In this document: positions 28,707-43,739 of the stretch, piece by piece
Layout: each line of letters starts with the position of its first letter
How positions within the stretch are numbered: the first letter of the stretch is position 1
From: the human T2T-CHM13v2.0 reference genome, Homo sapiens
DNA: 64,000 nt
Assembly: GCF_009914755.1 (NCBI RefSeq)
Contig: NC_060942.1
Direction: 5' to 3' (one strand)
Notes under the pieces: generated by a model
Databases searched by the model: none
What the model saw: the letters and a program-made list of their open reading frames with translations, nothing else
What the model was told of the DNA's origin: nothing
Position numbers and translations under genes: made by a program

Positions 28707-31220
28707 TAGCATGAAAATGTGTACTAAATCATGGCCGGCTGTTTCTCCTTCACGTTTTCAATTTACACATAATTGGGAACCTGTTGGTCAGGTTTGGGCC
28801 AGAACAGGCCTCTAGAACAAAATTGTAAAACTAACAGTGGAAATTAACAATAGAAACTCTGCGAGAAATTCAACTCCAGTGTTCAGAACCACCAGTTCTG
28901 GTAACACTTGCAAACAGTTTCAAGATATAGTCTTGTTTTTAAAATCTTTTTATTTGACTTGAGACTGAATTTTCACAGACTCCTTATGAAACTGCAAAAT
29001 GAAATGATATCAAAGAGCAGAATTGTAGATATCATAGGGTGTTGAGTTTTCTCAGACGAACCTCTCTCTTCGGCCTAAATTTGAATCCCAACATGCTTAT
29101 TACTTTAATTCGGGAGTTTCCAAATTCCAGTGACTCTCTGAGCCACACTTAAACCACCGCACCCTTCTGAGGAGATTGGAGAGCGATGTCTGACTCCAAC
29201 ATCAATCCAGCCTCTCCTTTCCCTGCTTAGTAAACATGCTTTTGATGTTACTAAACACATAGCCATCAAGAAAAGCACCATGTAACAAGGTACCTGATGT
29301 CTATCTTTCCAGACGGATATATGAAACTTTAATTATCTAGAGTCTCAGTAACAAGAAAGTTCAAATAACTGAGTATTTTTCTGTTTACAGAGTAAAAAGC
29401 CAAGGGTGACAAAACACAAGAACTTGAGTTGTCTTCAAGAGAACATTTCTAGTTTATGTTTCAGACTCTGCAAACATTCAGGTCATCTCCCAGGTCTTCT
29501 GTGTAGATACGGGTTTCAATTCTCACTCACCTATATTTCCTTGTGTGGTGTTGAATAGTAAATGGAAGCACATATATTGAGTTTTCACGGCTATTAGACC
29601 CCAGCAAAAAACCGTGTGTTTTCCCAAATGCTTTCTCAGCTGCCACTCTCAAACAACTCGGAGGCAGGTACCATCGTCACGGTGTCAAACTCCAGATAGC
29701 TTCTCCCTGGGTCATTGTTCTTTACCATGGGCGCCTCTACCTCTCAAGTAACATGCGCTTTGAGCCGCCAATAAAATGAGGATATGGACCACATCAAAGT
29801 TTCTCATTCAATCTTTCCTTTGGACAAATGTAAAAACATCAGTATCATCTCCCACATATCTCTTGAGCTACATTGTCTGAAATGTATATGAAAATTATAT
29901 AAAATTATACATTGATGTATCCAATGTTAGAAAAGAAAAAAGATATTCAATGTAAAGCAAATTCAATATTATAATTTTATATTAAAAAAATAAAAATCAT
30001 ACCCATTATGATCGTACCCTGAGTCCCCAGAAAAGAGACAAGCAGTCTTCAACCAGCCAAAAAACAAACAAAAAAGAAATAAAAACAAAAGAAAAAAAGG
30101 GAAAACAAATTTGCAATAAAGTAGAAGGCATTTACAGATCCCCTCTTGTCAAAACATTCAAGTACTCATTTCTGTGGGAATATATCAGCTAGTAACCCCT
30201 CCAATTCCTACAGATTCCCTTGTGAAGCATTTGAGGTCAAATACTCATATGACAATTTAGAAGTATGTTGCCCTAAGATTTTTCACCCTGACTCATTGAT
30301 TTGAGAGTTGGGACTCCAGTAACAAGAAACATAATGTCAGCAGATATTCCAATGGACCTCGGCACATTCCTTCCAGAAGCTTCTAGCTGCCAGCAGAGGA
30401 GCATGGCAGATATAGCTGAGGACACGGGGGGTTTCCAGTGGCATAGTTACCACAAGTGCAGCCGGACAAAAATAGATGGAGATGTGGCAGGGCAAGTGAT
30501 CTGAAATTTCCTTAGGACTCCTCTGCGACTAGGGGTATTTTTCATAGCATCTATTCTGAACTCCATCTGCCACTGTTTGACTGTTTGAAACAAGACATTC
30601 CTCTACTCAGAACATTATGTCAACTGACCATGATGAGCTGGGTCCTTTGCAGGTTCTGGGCTGTTTCCTGTGGCTCTCTGAGTTATTAGGATGCCCTGCT
30701 TTTATCACTTATGTGCCATTTTATTAAAGGTCATGCAGAAAAAAACTGCTTAAATTTTTTAAAATATGTAATTATTAATGAGATCTGACCTTGAGAGCAG
30801 CTATTCATCCCTGGAGTGTTGGGGAAAACAGGAGAAGTGTTTGCTGTCATTCTGCCAGGCCTTGGGTGTTCTTTCCTAACCAGCACACTGTGGGAGTTAT
30901 ATGGTGAGCCGTGGGGAGTGCTGTTTACTTGAGCTGTGATAGACTGTAAGATGGGGGTTGAGGGTCTCAGTGTGAGAACATGCTTGTAGCTATGATAACT
31001 CAAGACAGCCAAGTTTTTGAAACTACTTTGGTCTTAAATTCAAATTTGATTCCAAATGCTTGAAAAGTCTGTCCTGAATCAGGCCGAGTTGATGGTAAAT
31101 TGTCTTTTCTTTAATCTTTGGAAATAATTCCTGATAAATATGATATTAAGAACTATGCTCATACGTTAACTTTTCTTAAAATCTTTCCATGAATTTACCA
31201 ATTGTCTTTACACTAGAGCA

Positions 31221-31221
31221 T

Positions 31222-31264
<43 letters not shown>

Positions 31265-31320
31265 GAAGAGAGAGGGAGAGAGAGACAGAGAGGCAAAGAG
31301 AGACAGAGACAGAGAGAGAA
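31221..31320. repeat. Compound (TG)n(GA)n microsatellite
   Basis: About 13 TG units followed by a GA-rich purine tract. Confidence 0.95.
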
Positions 31321-31416
31321 TGAGATTTGGCAAGTGTCATGATTAATACCATTTTAGTAAGATGATCCCTGCAACCAAAATCACTCTAATTATACAAAAC
31401 CATGATGAGAACTTGA

Positions 31417-31622
<206 letters not shown>

Positions 31623-32059
31623 GGGGCAATTCTATTGATATTACACATCACTGAAGAAAGTCTCAACAGAGCTGACAAGACCCTGTTAAAACAGTGTTGT
31701 TTTCAGCAGGGAACACTGCTGATCGAAGTACACATCCAGCATGACTAAAATTCCACCTTTCTTTTGTACCACCTCAAATTTGTCCTATAGAAGTACTGGT
31801 ATCTTTATTTAAAAAACAGAAAAACAAACCAAACTAAGATGAATTGAGTACCTTCTGTGCACCAGATATTTTATTTTCATCCTCTCTGTAATCCTCCCAC
31901 AAAAGCTATGAGTTATTACTGCCAATTTACAGAATATGAAAATGAAAGAAGTTACAATGCTAGGTTTTTCTAATCCCATTTTCCAGCATATTGTGCTTTT
32001 AAAGTAGTAAAATATGGTATGGGATGACAAAAAAACCATTATTTTTGTGAATCATTCTA

Positions 32060-32790
32060 AATTCAGAATCACATAATTATATGAATTTATATCCCCCCTC
32101 AAAAAAAGAGTATATGCTGTGCAAGTTGAGATAGGACTGAGGCCTCATGAGCCCCAGAAAATTGTCTGATACGACGTTACAAAGCTTCTATTGCAAGCGT
32201 AAGCCTCACTCTAGTTCAGAGACTTCCAAAGAATTGAATCACCAATGAGGCAATGTTGAAAATGCTGCGGCTGATAATATATTGGAAATTCCACCCCTAG
32301 TTGATGGAATTAAATAAATCAAAGATGAATCAGAGATGGACTGCAGTTTCCTACTCATGAAAATATAGCAGTCTCTGCTACCAAAAAAAAAAGTTGTTGA
32401 AAAATGTCTCCTGTATATTAACAAGATAGAGGTGTTTGAAGATGATGGTGTTCATAGAAGATATCTGGAATGCTGTTTGCTCACCATCCCAAGATTGGTA
32501 TGAGGTTAGAAAGAGCTTTTTCAGCAGCTGAACACATTTGCTCAATATACCACTCAATGACTCAACAGTGGTGCTGTGATTCACTTTCTTTCTTAAGATC
32601 GTACATTAAAAGATTCAATAATATATTTGCATTAAAATGCTTTCAAGATTAATTACATGCTTCTAATTTTAATGTTATTTAATGTCTTAAATAACACTTT
32701 ACAATGTTAACTTCACCTGATATGACTTTATATTAGAGTAATAACATATGTCTAAGTACATATTTATATTTTGGAGGGACATTTTTATTT
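32060..32790 (+). mobile_element. hAT DNA-transposon transposase fossil (Blackjack-like), C-terminal part
   Basis: 32420-32491 reads NKIEVFEDDGVHRRYLECCLLTIP; after a frameshift, 32509 onward reads ERAFSAAEHICS...DSLSFLRSYI, matching the hAT dimerization-domain pattern. Outer limits are guesses. Confidence 0.68.
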
Positions 32791-32879
32791 ATTTTTGAAA
32801 TTTATAAATTATTATTTTAAATGTATTTGTTTCAGTTAAAAATGAGCTTTAAAATGAGTCTTTAAAAAATACAAGCCAC

Positions 32880-33115
32880 GATACAATTTTAATTTGAATT
32901 TATTTCATGATGAGTGAGGTTGAGAATCTTCTGGTGTGTCTAAATGCTATTTGCATTTTTTCCTGCAAACTTTTTGCTCATAACTTTTGCCTCTTTTTCT
33001 ATTGTGTTGTTGGTTTTTTTCTTACTGATTTTTCAGCTCTTTGAGATATATATTGCACATTTTTACAATTTGTATCTTCCTTTTGCCATGTAGAAGTTTA
33101 AAAATATTATGCATG
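32880..33115 (-). mobile_element. Old L1M fragment
   Basis: ttttaatttgaatttatttcatgatgagtgaggttgagaatctt...gctatttgcatttt. Confidence 0.65.
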
Positions 33116-33117
33116 TT

Positions 33118-33840
<723 letters not shown>

Positions 33841-33849
33841 TCATTTTCA

Positions 33850-35400
33850 CAGAACTGAGTATTTTCAAATTTTTCAACTTTTTTTAATGGTTTCTGAATT
33901 TCATGTCATGTTTAGAAAGGCCTTTTCTATTTCAAGGTTCTAAGAAATTATTCCATGTCTCCTTTTAATGCTGATATAACTATCTCTGCTTTTAAGATTT
34001 TTTTTTCTTTACCACTGATTTTCAGTCATTTGATTATGAAATGACTCGGGGTGTATGTGTGTTATAGGCAGAGAGAGAAACAGAGAGAGAGAAAGGACAC
34101 TGTATTTAATCTATTCAAGACAGATTGGATCTATGAGTTTAAAGTTTTCAACAAATCTGGAAATTTTCTGGTCGTTGTTTCCTCAAATTTTTTTCTGCTT
34201 CCTCTTCTTTTCTATTTTTGGAACACCAGGTATACATGGTTAGACTATTGAATATTGTCTCACAGGTCATTGAGGCTCTTCTCATTTTTTTTTCAGAATT
34301 TTCCCCACTCTATGGGCCACATTCTGGATAGATTCTATCACTATTCCTTCAAGTTCATCGTTCTTTTCTTCTTCAGTGTCTAATCTGCTATTAATGTTAT
34401 CCAGCTATCTTGTTGTTTCAGATATTGTAGTGTTCATCTCCAGAAGGTCCATTCTGTTCTACTTTATGTCTCTCATTTCTCTGTTCAATGTGAACGTATT
34501 TCTTTTAAATACTTGTACATAGTTATAAAATCTATTTTAATGTCCTTGTGTGGTAACTCTATCAATGCAATAATCTCTGGGTCTGTTTCTATTTTCTGAT
34601 TTTTCTTCTGGTAATGTGTTGCATTTTCCTGCTTCTTGGTGTATCTAGTAAGTCTAGAGGTTGCACATTTTTATTAAGTCTCTAAATTGTATTGTTTTCC
34701 TTTTAAGAGAGCTGAACTGTGTTTTGGCATGCAGTTAACTTCCACACATGGCAGTTGATCCTTCAGGGACTGTTTTTTAAGCTTTTGGTAGCAGAAGCAT
34801 GCAGTATGTTTTACTCCAGGAATAGTGCAGCCTTTCTGTTACTGCCAACAAGTGACCCATCTGAGGTCTTTACTAAGTGTCCTAAGGGATCACTGAGTAC
34901 TCTCCATTCTGGTCTTTCTGATCTAGAACTTCTCTCTGCTGTGAGATCTTGGAAATGTTCAGCTCACCTAGTCATTTTTTGCACTACTTTGTAGAGAGGT
35001 CCTCTATGCAGGCATGGCCCAGTAGTCAGCAAAGACTCTGCAGCATAACTGCACAGATTTCTGTAATTTCACTTCGGTATCACTCTGTTCTTTTCTGTGT
35101 CTCTGCCCTTCAAACTCTGACTACCTCAACCTCTCCTAACCCTGATCTCTGTCTCCTCAACCCACTGAGGCCACTGGGCCCTGTTTGGAATTCCCCTACC
35201 TACGCCTTATTTGGGAAATTGCTTGCAGAAATATGGGACTATCATAGGGCTTCCTTTTTTTTTTCCCTTTTTTAGAGATCATAGTCCTGGGCTGCCTGCT
35301 GGTCAGTGTCTGAAACAATTTTTTCATACCTTTTTGTCTAGTTTTTTGTGGTGGGAAGTTAAGTTTTATCCTTTTTATTTTGTCACATCTGGCTGTGGAA
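33850..35400 (-). mobile_element. Ancient L1M(E) 5'/ORF1-region relic
   Basis: T-rich antisense L1 sequence (gattttcagtcatttgattatg; tctcacaggtcattgaggctct; tcttcttcagtgtctaatctgctatta). Confidence 0.72.
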
Positions 35401-35784
35401 GTTTAAGTTTGTAATGCTGCAATTGTGTTTTGTAATTAGAACTTCCAGATTTGGTCTGAAGGTTGAATCTTTAAAAAAAAATGAATAAGCAAACCAAATA
35501 AATATTATTTATCACATTAAAAAGTCATGCAAACTTTATTCATCATAGAATTAGAATGTGGTTCCATCCATAAGCCAGATAGAATGAAATGTAAACGTAA
35601 TGCTATGCAACTTAAACTCTGCTGGTCAAGGGAGTGTCTTCCAACCATCTCACAGCAATTCCATTTTATTTTCTTTCTAATGTTATACATTTCTCCTGGT
35701 CATATTCAACTGTAACTAATTTTTACATAAGTGTATCCTGTATTGTCCTCTTTCTTGGATTCTTCCTTTATCTCGCTAGAATAT

Positions 35785-36236
35785 TGTTGCAGGGGTGGGA
35801 GGCAATTCTCCATGTGTTATCCAAGACTCTCTTTTCAAGGACATTTGTACAGCAAGATTAGTGTCTTCCTCTGAGGCAGAGAGCAAGTTTGATTCCTGAC
35901 CAGGATAATAAAGATAGCTTCTTCCTCCATAGGAAAAGTTGGCTGGGTTTACTGGCAGACTTCTTAAGATTGGGGGTTTCCTAAACTCAGGGATCCTTGG
36001 CTGTGAATGCAGACCCACTGTAAACACAGCACCAGCCCGGGCAGCCCTGCGTCTCCCCTATGGAGGCACAAAGGTACCAATGCAAACAGGAAGCTCATGC
36101 TGCCTGCTGTGCGGTGAATAATGAAGTTGTTTGTCTCTGACTGGGAGTCTCATTTCTTCTGCCAGCATCTCTGAAATTGGTAGACTAACTGAGCTGCAAG
36201 CAGGGTAAACTCTCAGACCTTTCATTGTTCCTAACA
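35785..36236 (+). mobile_element. ERVL solo LTR (LTR47-like)
   Basis: TG...CA ends; ttcctaaactcaggg, gctcatgctgcctgctgtgc, tcttctgccagcatc, gcaagcagggtaaactctcagacc. Confidence 0.72.
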
Positions 36237-36279
36237 AGCACTGTAGAGCGATATTTTCATCCATGTGCCCAAGATGATA

Positions 36280-36900
36280 ATTTTCATGTCTGAAAGTGTT
36301 TTGTTTTGCCTTCACATTTGATTATTTTGACTGAATGAAGATATTCTAGAATCAAAATATTTTTTTCCCTCAGAACTTTGAATTTTTTTTAATGTATAAT
36401 ACCTAGGGTTTCCAGTTAGAAGTTTGATGCTAGTCTGTTCTCATTCCTTTATAAGAGACCTTGCTTTCTCTCTAGAGTTCTCTGTCCAAGAAGCTTTTTG
36501 TTGTTTTCCTTAGCCTGGCTTAGTGTTTGAAATTCCAGTTGGAAGATTCCTGTTCTGTTTTTTAATCTCCAAGAGTTTTCTTTCTGTTACTTCCTTATTT
36601 CTTCTCCTCTTTTCCCTGTTCTTCCTTGCTGAAAATTCCTATTGGATATATTTTTAATCCCCTGCATCTATCCTTTATGGCTTTTAAAGTTTTTTTAAAT
36701 TTTAATCTTTTTGTCTTTGGGTACTATAACGGGATGTTTCCTTAACTTTGCCTTCTAGATTAATAATTTTATCTCCGGTTTTTTTTTCCATTCTGAGTAG
36801 TGTGATGAATTGTCTAGTTTTTAAATTCAGCCCATCCACTGATGTATGTATAAACGAACCTATATATGTATGTTTCAGGAAATCATATATTTTTAGTTCC
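36280..36900 (-). mobile_element. Ancient L1M fragment
   Basis: tttgccttcacatttg...gaagtttgatgctagtctgttctcattcctttataag. Confidence 0.55.
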
Positions 36901-36929
36901 AAGCACACTTTATTCAAACTTCCACCTAG

Positions 36930-37960
36930 CCAGAATTCAATTACTTCTCACCAAGTTTATTTATCTATAATGTCCAGATCTAAGTCACATCACCCCTCAA
37001 CTGGGCTGTTTTAATTTTTATCTGTTTATTTTCTGATACAGAGTCTCGCTCTGTCACTCAGGCTGGAGTGCAGGGGCGCAATCTTGGCTCACTGCAGCCT
37101 CCACCTCCTGAGTTCAAGCGATTCTCCTGCCTCAGCCTCCTGAGTACCTGGGATTACAGGTGCGTGCCACCACGCCCGGCTAATTTTTTATTTTTAGTAG
37201 TGATGGGCTTTCGCCCTGTTGGCCAGGATGATCTTGAACTCCTGACCTTGTGATCCACCCGCCTCAGCCTCCCAAAGTGCTGAGATTACAGGCACGAGCC
37301 ACCACGCCCGGCCTTCAACTGACTATGAAAATAACCTAACTCCTCGTATCCCTTGCCCTCCCTGTCCCCAGCGTCTGTTCTCCACCTAGAAGAAGTTCAG
37401 AGTGATTTTTTTTTTTAATGTAAGTAACGTCACTGCATTCCTCTGCCTAAAATACTCCAGTGGCTTCCCATCTCATTCAGAATAAAATTTGAAGTCTTTG
37501 CCGTGGCCTACTAAGTCTTATTTGATAGGGACCCCCACTATTTCTTTTATCATGTCTTCGACACATCACCTTCTCCCTCACTCTATTTCAACCACACTCA
37601 CCCCAGGGCGTTTGCACTTCTCCTTTAGACTTGGAATACTCTTCCTCCAGATATGTGTGTGACTTGCTTCCCCAATTCATTCAGATCTCAGCGACGTCTT
37701 TTGTGGCCCTTCTATTTAAGATTCCAACCCTACTGTTCACTCTCTTACTCCATTCTCTGCTTTATTTTTCTCCATAATATTTTATGTACTGATGATATAC
37801 CACATCTTATTGATTAATTGGTGGATATCATGCCCTTGTTTAATTTTAAAGAAGGCAGAAATTTTTTTCTGTTTTGGTTACTCCCTTATCCCTGACATCT
37901 AGAATGGTGCCTGGCACGTGATAGACACTAATACACATTTGTCAAATTGGTGAATTAACA
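36930..37960 (+). mobile_element. L2 3' part, interrupted by an Alu
   Basis: ctccagtggcttcccatctcattcagaataaaa...ctagaatggtgcctggcacgtgatagacac. Confidence 0.82.
37009..37313 (-). mobile_element. Alu (AluS)
   Basis: Antisense dimer; TSD tcaactg. Confidence 0.96.
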
Positions 37961-40105
37961 AATAAGCAAATAACCTGTTCTCACATGTTTTACTGTGATA
38001 TCCTCTAGATCAGAGTCTCTCTGAGACACTGTGACCATTTTTAAGGTTCTATTCTGTTTATGGAACAAATTCTATTTTCTCTGAAATTAGTAATGAGGAT
38101 TTTTCACCTTGGTCTTTCTATTACTTGTTCTCAGTTTTCCTCAAAGATTTGCTTCTTCTTGGTAGTGTTATTTCTTTAACTACAGAAACTTTAGCTACAG
38201 TTTCCTCTTCTTTTTGCATTAAATTTATCCATCCACTTCTATCTTCTAGGTATTCCTTAATGTTTCTGGGCTACTAACGGCACATGTACGGTTGTATACT
38301 TTTCAAAATATCTTTTTGGTAATTTTCAGAGAGACCTGGGGCTCACTCTACATCTTGCATGGGAAGCCTCTTGCGGTAAGTCTCAAATCTGATCACATTT
38401 TTTCCTAAATGTCTCGGAGTTGTCAACTTGGCTCTTTCATCAAGGATATCTTAATGTAATAAAGGTTGTTGAGAGATCATTGGGTAGGATCTGTTTCCTT
38501 TCATAAATATTCTTGTCTTCTTTCCTGAGCCTTCGGGATGAAACAGAATCAAAAAACCAAAACAACAAAGGGCAACTTTTGTTAACTGGACATCTGTCTC
38601 GAGGCACATGTCTTTTCTAAACTCTGCCACATCAGCATTCTGTTGTAGTCTTCTGCTTTTAAATATCATTGAAACTTAACTACTTGAGTGGGTTTTCTGC
38701 TTTTGTCTTATCTTTTCATCCTAAATATGAAAAAGACACCAAGTGACATTTGAAAAGAACCATGACCAGTTTATAGGAGGAAACTATGGCATCATTTTAT
38801 GTTCATTTATTTTCCATTTCCTCTTGTTTATGTTATTTTTTCATATTCTTTGAAGTTGGATTAACTGTGTCCTCTGAATTCCAGGATTTCTATCAGATGA
38901 GTTATTTAATTAACCCACAATCCTTTATAGAACACTGTCAATGAATAGCTCATCCTTGAAATTAATCTGGCACATTCAAAGAGATTTCTGGTTTCAAGAA
39001 TTTTTGGCCTAAAATTATTTTCAGCTGATAAATAATATTCTAAAATAGTTAAATCTGCAGTTGGTTGTGTGAGGCTTCGTAATCTCCCAAAGTAGCTGGG
39101 GCAAATATGATCCAAAAAGGAAGCCAAAAACTAGAGAAAAGCCTAAAGCTTAATAAGCAATATTTGGAATAACTGTGTACCCTTTTAAGTGACTCAAAGT
39201 CAAAGCTAAGTAAACTCACTCTATGAATATATTTGGACAGTTATTTAGTACAAAAAAAGAATACATTGTAGAGAATATATTTTACTTCCAATACATGTTT
39301 TTTCCTTGAATCTCTATAGATCTAAATGAGTTGATACATTCTGAATTAGAATGAACCACTTTGGATTAATATCAAATATATGAAGAAGCCAAAACTTCTT
39401 CATCTCTTTAAGTGATGGCATGGAACAGAATTCCACTAAAGAGCTATCATACTTTAGAAACCATTTCCATTTCTCTTTCTTTCATCTTTGTGAATTCTTA
39501 ATTCTTTTCCTGCATGAACATATTATTCCCTAATGAGGACATTACCATTTTTCTCTTTTCTTACCCACAGGCTGTTAAAATCAACTGAGCTCTTAATGAT
39601 TTAGTTAAGAGAAAACACCCTAATTGGAAACCATCCTCCCTCTGCAGCCAGTTTTAGAATTTTTAGCTTCACAGCTATAGCTTAAGAGAAACTTAGCAAA
39701 GAACCTCAAGATGCTAAGTATGTGGTTATATAATTTACATAGACTTATATCACATTAACATATGCATTTCAATTTTTTGAAAATTAATCTAGGGCAAACT
39801 GATGAGGGCAATTACTGGGGGTATTTTAGGATTTTCCCTTGTGATCCACTCAAGCACATCATTTACTTTTTAAAATGTGTATTAGCTTGTTCTAATGAAG
39901 AGTGTCTCAAATAGACATAAATATTATTGGTTAGCATTCATGAGGCTGCATGGGATAATTCTTTAATGTTGAGAATTATAGTCCAGCAGTCCTACATTCC
40001 CTCTGGTCACAGAATCACAGGGCAGGGTAGACAGATCTTTGGAAAATGCAGAGGCCTGCCTGGTGCTTACCCTCTGTGAGGGTTTAATTATTCTGGCAGA
40101 GGTAG

Positions 40106-40458
<353 letters not shown>

Positions 40459-41587
40459 CTGCTTGGCCATTCCAATGAGCAGCTGGAGTAGAGTCTACAT
40501 GCAGTAGGGCACCAGTGTAAAGCATATTACATATTTCAAAATCACTGCAACCACAAAATAGTGATTGAGTAATTATAAACACATTTCAGTGGAGGCAATA
40601 TTGTAAGCATTTTTTAAAATTAATGAACCCCTTTGAAAATCCTCTTACCCCTAGCGTGAAGTCCAAACTGCCAATTCTTTCCTTTCTTCCAGTCATCCAT
40701 TGGTAGCATTGAAAATGATACGGACTTCTCAGCTATCCTAAATGATATGGAAGAAATGTCTAAATTTTTGGTATGTGTTTTATGTCTGTTATGACTTCAT
40801 GCAAAATCTAAGTAAATTTTTATACATCCTCACATACACTGGATAGAAGTAATGTTATTTCTGCACATAATGGATAAGGGGTATAAGACTTAATGTCTAC
40901 TCGGTAAAACTGTGGACTATTAAGAGCTTCCTAACTCTGATTCTTTTTACTCTTTTCTCATTCAATTGACTTTTTCTTTCTCATTGGAGTTGTCCGAGGT
41001 CTGTGGTAATGCCTAGTGTTGGACATAATCACGTAGTCAGTTTTTCTAATATTAATGTTTCTAATCAAATTCAGGGTTACACTTGGCTTAGTACCAGAAC
41101 AGCTGGGAATTCTGAGTGCCACTAGGGAACATAACCAGCTGCCTATAACTTCGAAAAGCATATTTTGGCCACTTTTACATGGTTATGTAAACACAGACAT
41201 ATCCAGATCTAAGAAAGCAAGCCGCACCAAGATTATACTTGAACTAATTAAATATTTATATTCAGGTCATCCTAGCATTGTTCCTTTATTGACTTAATAG
41301 GCATGTGCTTTCCAAAGCCACTGGCAGAAATCAATCAATGATCGTAATGAACTGATCTTAAAATTAAAGACATAAACACAAAAATAAATCATGGAACTAC
41401 ATTTAAGTGCCCCTCAACAAGGTTAAATATCTATCCCTTTCAGATAAATATGGAGAAACTATATATTCTTCTGACAAGGAAAACCAAAATTATGGAATAA
41501 ATATGCTATAGCAAATACGTTGTTTGTACTTTTGAAAGTTTTTTAAATGGCTTAGGCCAAAACAAGTTTCTGCCAGTCATTAAATTA

Positions 41588-41875
<288 letters not shown>

Positions 41876-42359
41876 TCATATGTTTTCCTCGTATTCCTAT
41901 TTTTGCCCTTAAAATTAAGCCTAAAAAATTTTCTCCGCAAATGGTATCAGGGAGGAAACAGAGTGAAATAGTTCCAGCCTCCACTTGTAAGCCAGCCAGT
42001 TAGTCAACTGCACTTATTGAATGCCAGGTGGCTAATTATACCCAGAGTAGTTTATTTTGCCAGCATCGGACTGCTTTCCTACATGATCATTTTGGTACCA
42101 AATTTTGCATCTGCAAATGGACAAATTATGAATGCAAATTAGAAATTTATACTCTGTAAAATTAACCTTACATGTAGAAACTAATTTTTGTATTTGAATG
42201 TGCATCCATATCTTACCTTCATAGAAATAAAATTACTGAATTAAGGTAAAATGCATACATAAAACCTATCAGCATGTTATCACTTCATGCATGTGACACC
42301 AATATAGCAGTGACCTTTGGAAAGTACATCTGTAGCGATTTAATCAACTTTTCATTTAA

Positions 42360-42580
42360 TGTAGTATTTCCTAAGGTACATTTCATGGAATTGTAAAATG
42401 TCCTATGTGAGAAACAAAAGGTAGGGGAGAAAAAGGGGGTTCTGATCATGAGGGTTTGGGAAATACTGTCTTTGAGTTTTAAAATACAGCACTCTTTAAT
42501 TTCTTTAATGTGCAAATATCCTCTGTGAATCTGCAAGAGGACATTAGAATATGTAGCATTTCCCAAATGCATTTGACCTT
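42360..42580. mobile_element. Possible old hAT-Charlie MITE
   Basis: tttgggaaatactg...tgtgaatctgcaagagg...tagcatttcccaaa resembles Charlie-type MITEs. Confidence 0.4.
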
Positions 42581-43143
42581 CTAGGACCTAGTCAAGTGTG
42601 GGGCCTGGGGAAAAGCTGATTTAATGAGTCAACACCACACAGTTAAGATCATTTCCATTCCCATCTCCATGTTACTATAATTGTTGCTTTTAACCTATAC
42701 CACAAGCTCACCTGCACTTCAATAGTCATAGAGATTTTACTAATCTCCTAAGAATATATGCAAAGACAGACGCAGTGGTATAAAGCAGATAGCTCATTTC
42801 TTTAGAGTTTTTCTAAAACTGGTACAACCCCCACTTGGACACGATGTCTAGGACCTGGGAGTAAGCAGTTCACATGATGCTGTCATTAAACTTCAGGAGT
42901 CATCCTGGCCCCAGAGTTTAGCCCATTTGCATACCTTGCGTCCAGTAGTCACTTCTATGCCCAACATTTGACAGTCTTGTCATTCATGACTCTTGCTAGA
43001 TAGAGTTTAAAGAAATAGCTATGATCATGCACACAGTCCTTTGGGTGGTGTCTACTCAGAAATTAATTTTCAGGCAGCCCCTGGCTAATTTCCCATTACA
43101 TCAGCTGAAGGATTTGTCTCATTAACCACTCTCAAATATACAC

Positions 43144-43549
43144 TGTAGTAGTTTCCAAGGGTTGCCATAGTAAAATACCACAGACTGGGTAGCTTAAACA
43201 ACATCAGTTTGTTCTCTCACAGTTTTGGAGGCTAGAAGTCCAAGATCAAAGGGTGAGCAGGGTAGATTTCTTTTGAGACCTCTCTGTGGCTTGTAGATGG
43301 CTGCCTTCTCCCTGTGACCTTAAGTCATCTTCCTGCTTTGTGCATTTTGCTGGTGTCTCTTGTGTCTTAATATTTTTTTCTATAGGGGCATAAGTCAGCT
43401 CGGATTAGGACACAATCTAATGGTGTCATTTCAGCTTAATCACCTGTTAAGATGCCCTATCACCAAATATAGTCACATTCTGGGGTACTGCGGTTTAGGG
43501 CTTCAATATATGGGGACACAATATAAGGGACACAATTCGGTCCATGACA
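43144..43549 (-). mobile_element. MLT1B-like MaLR solo LTR
   Basis: aaataccacagactgggtagcttaaacaac...gaggctagaagtccaagatca...agtcacattctggggtactg...cacaattcggtccatgaca. Confidence 0.88.
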
Positions 43550-43739
43550 CACACTTAGCACCTTGGGGCACTACCTGCACTGCTCCGAGCTCCTGGGGAA
43601 AGTGGAGTTCTTCTCTGCAGTCCAGGATCCCTGAGCTAATAGGGGTCATGTGGTTCTGGAGTGGACACCAAGAGGCTTGCTAATGACAGACTATTTGGGG
43701 GCAAGTGGGTAACTTCTTTTACGGAGTATCCTGATGCCA

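Noticed and set aside
29620-29730. Short minus-strand ORF MVKNNDPGRSYLEFDTVTMVPASELFESGS and a possible 28-nt + strand micro-exon
   Set aside because: Too short, weak donor, no recognisable homology
30386-30405. CTCF-like motif gccagcagaggagca
   Set aside because: Mismatches in the 3' GGC core positions
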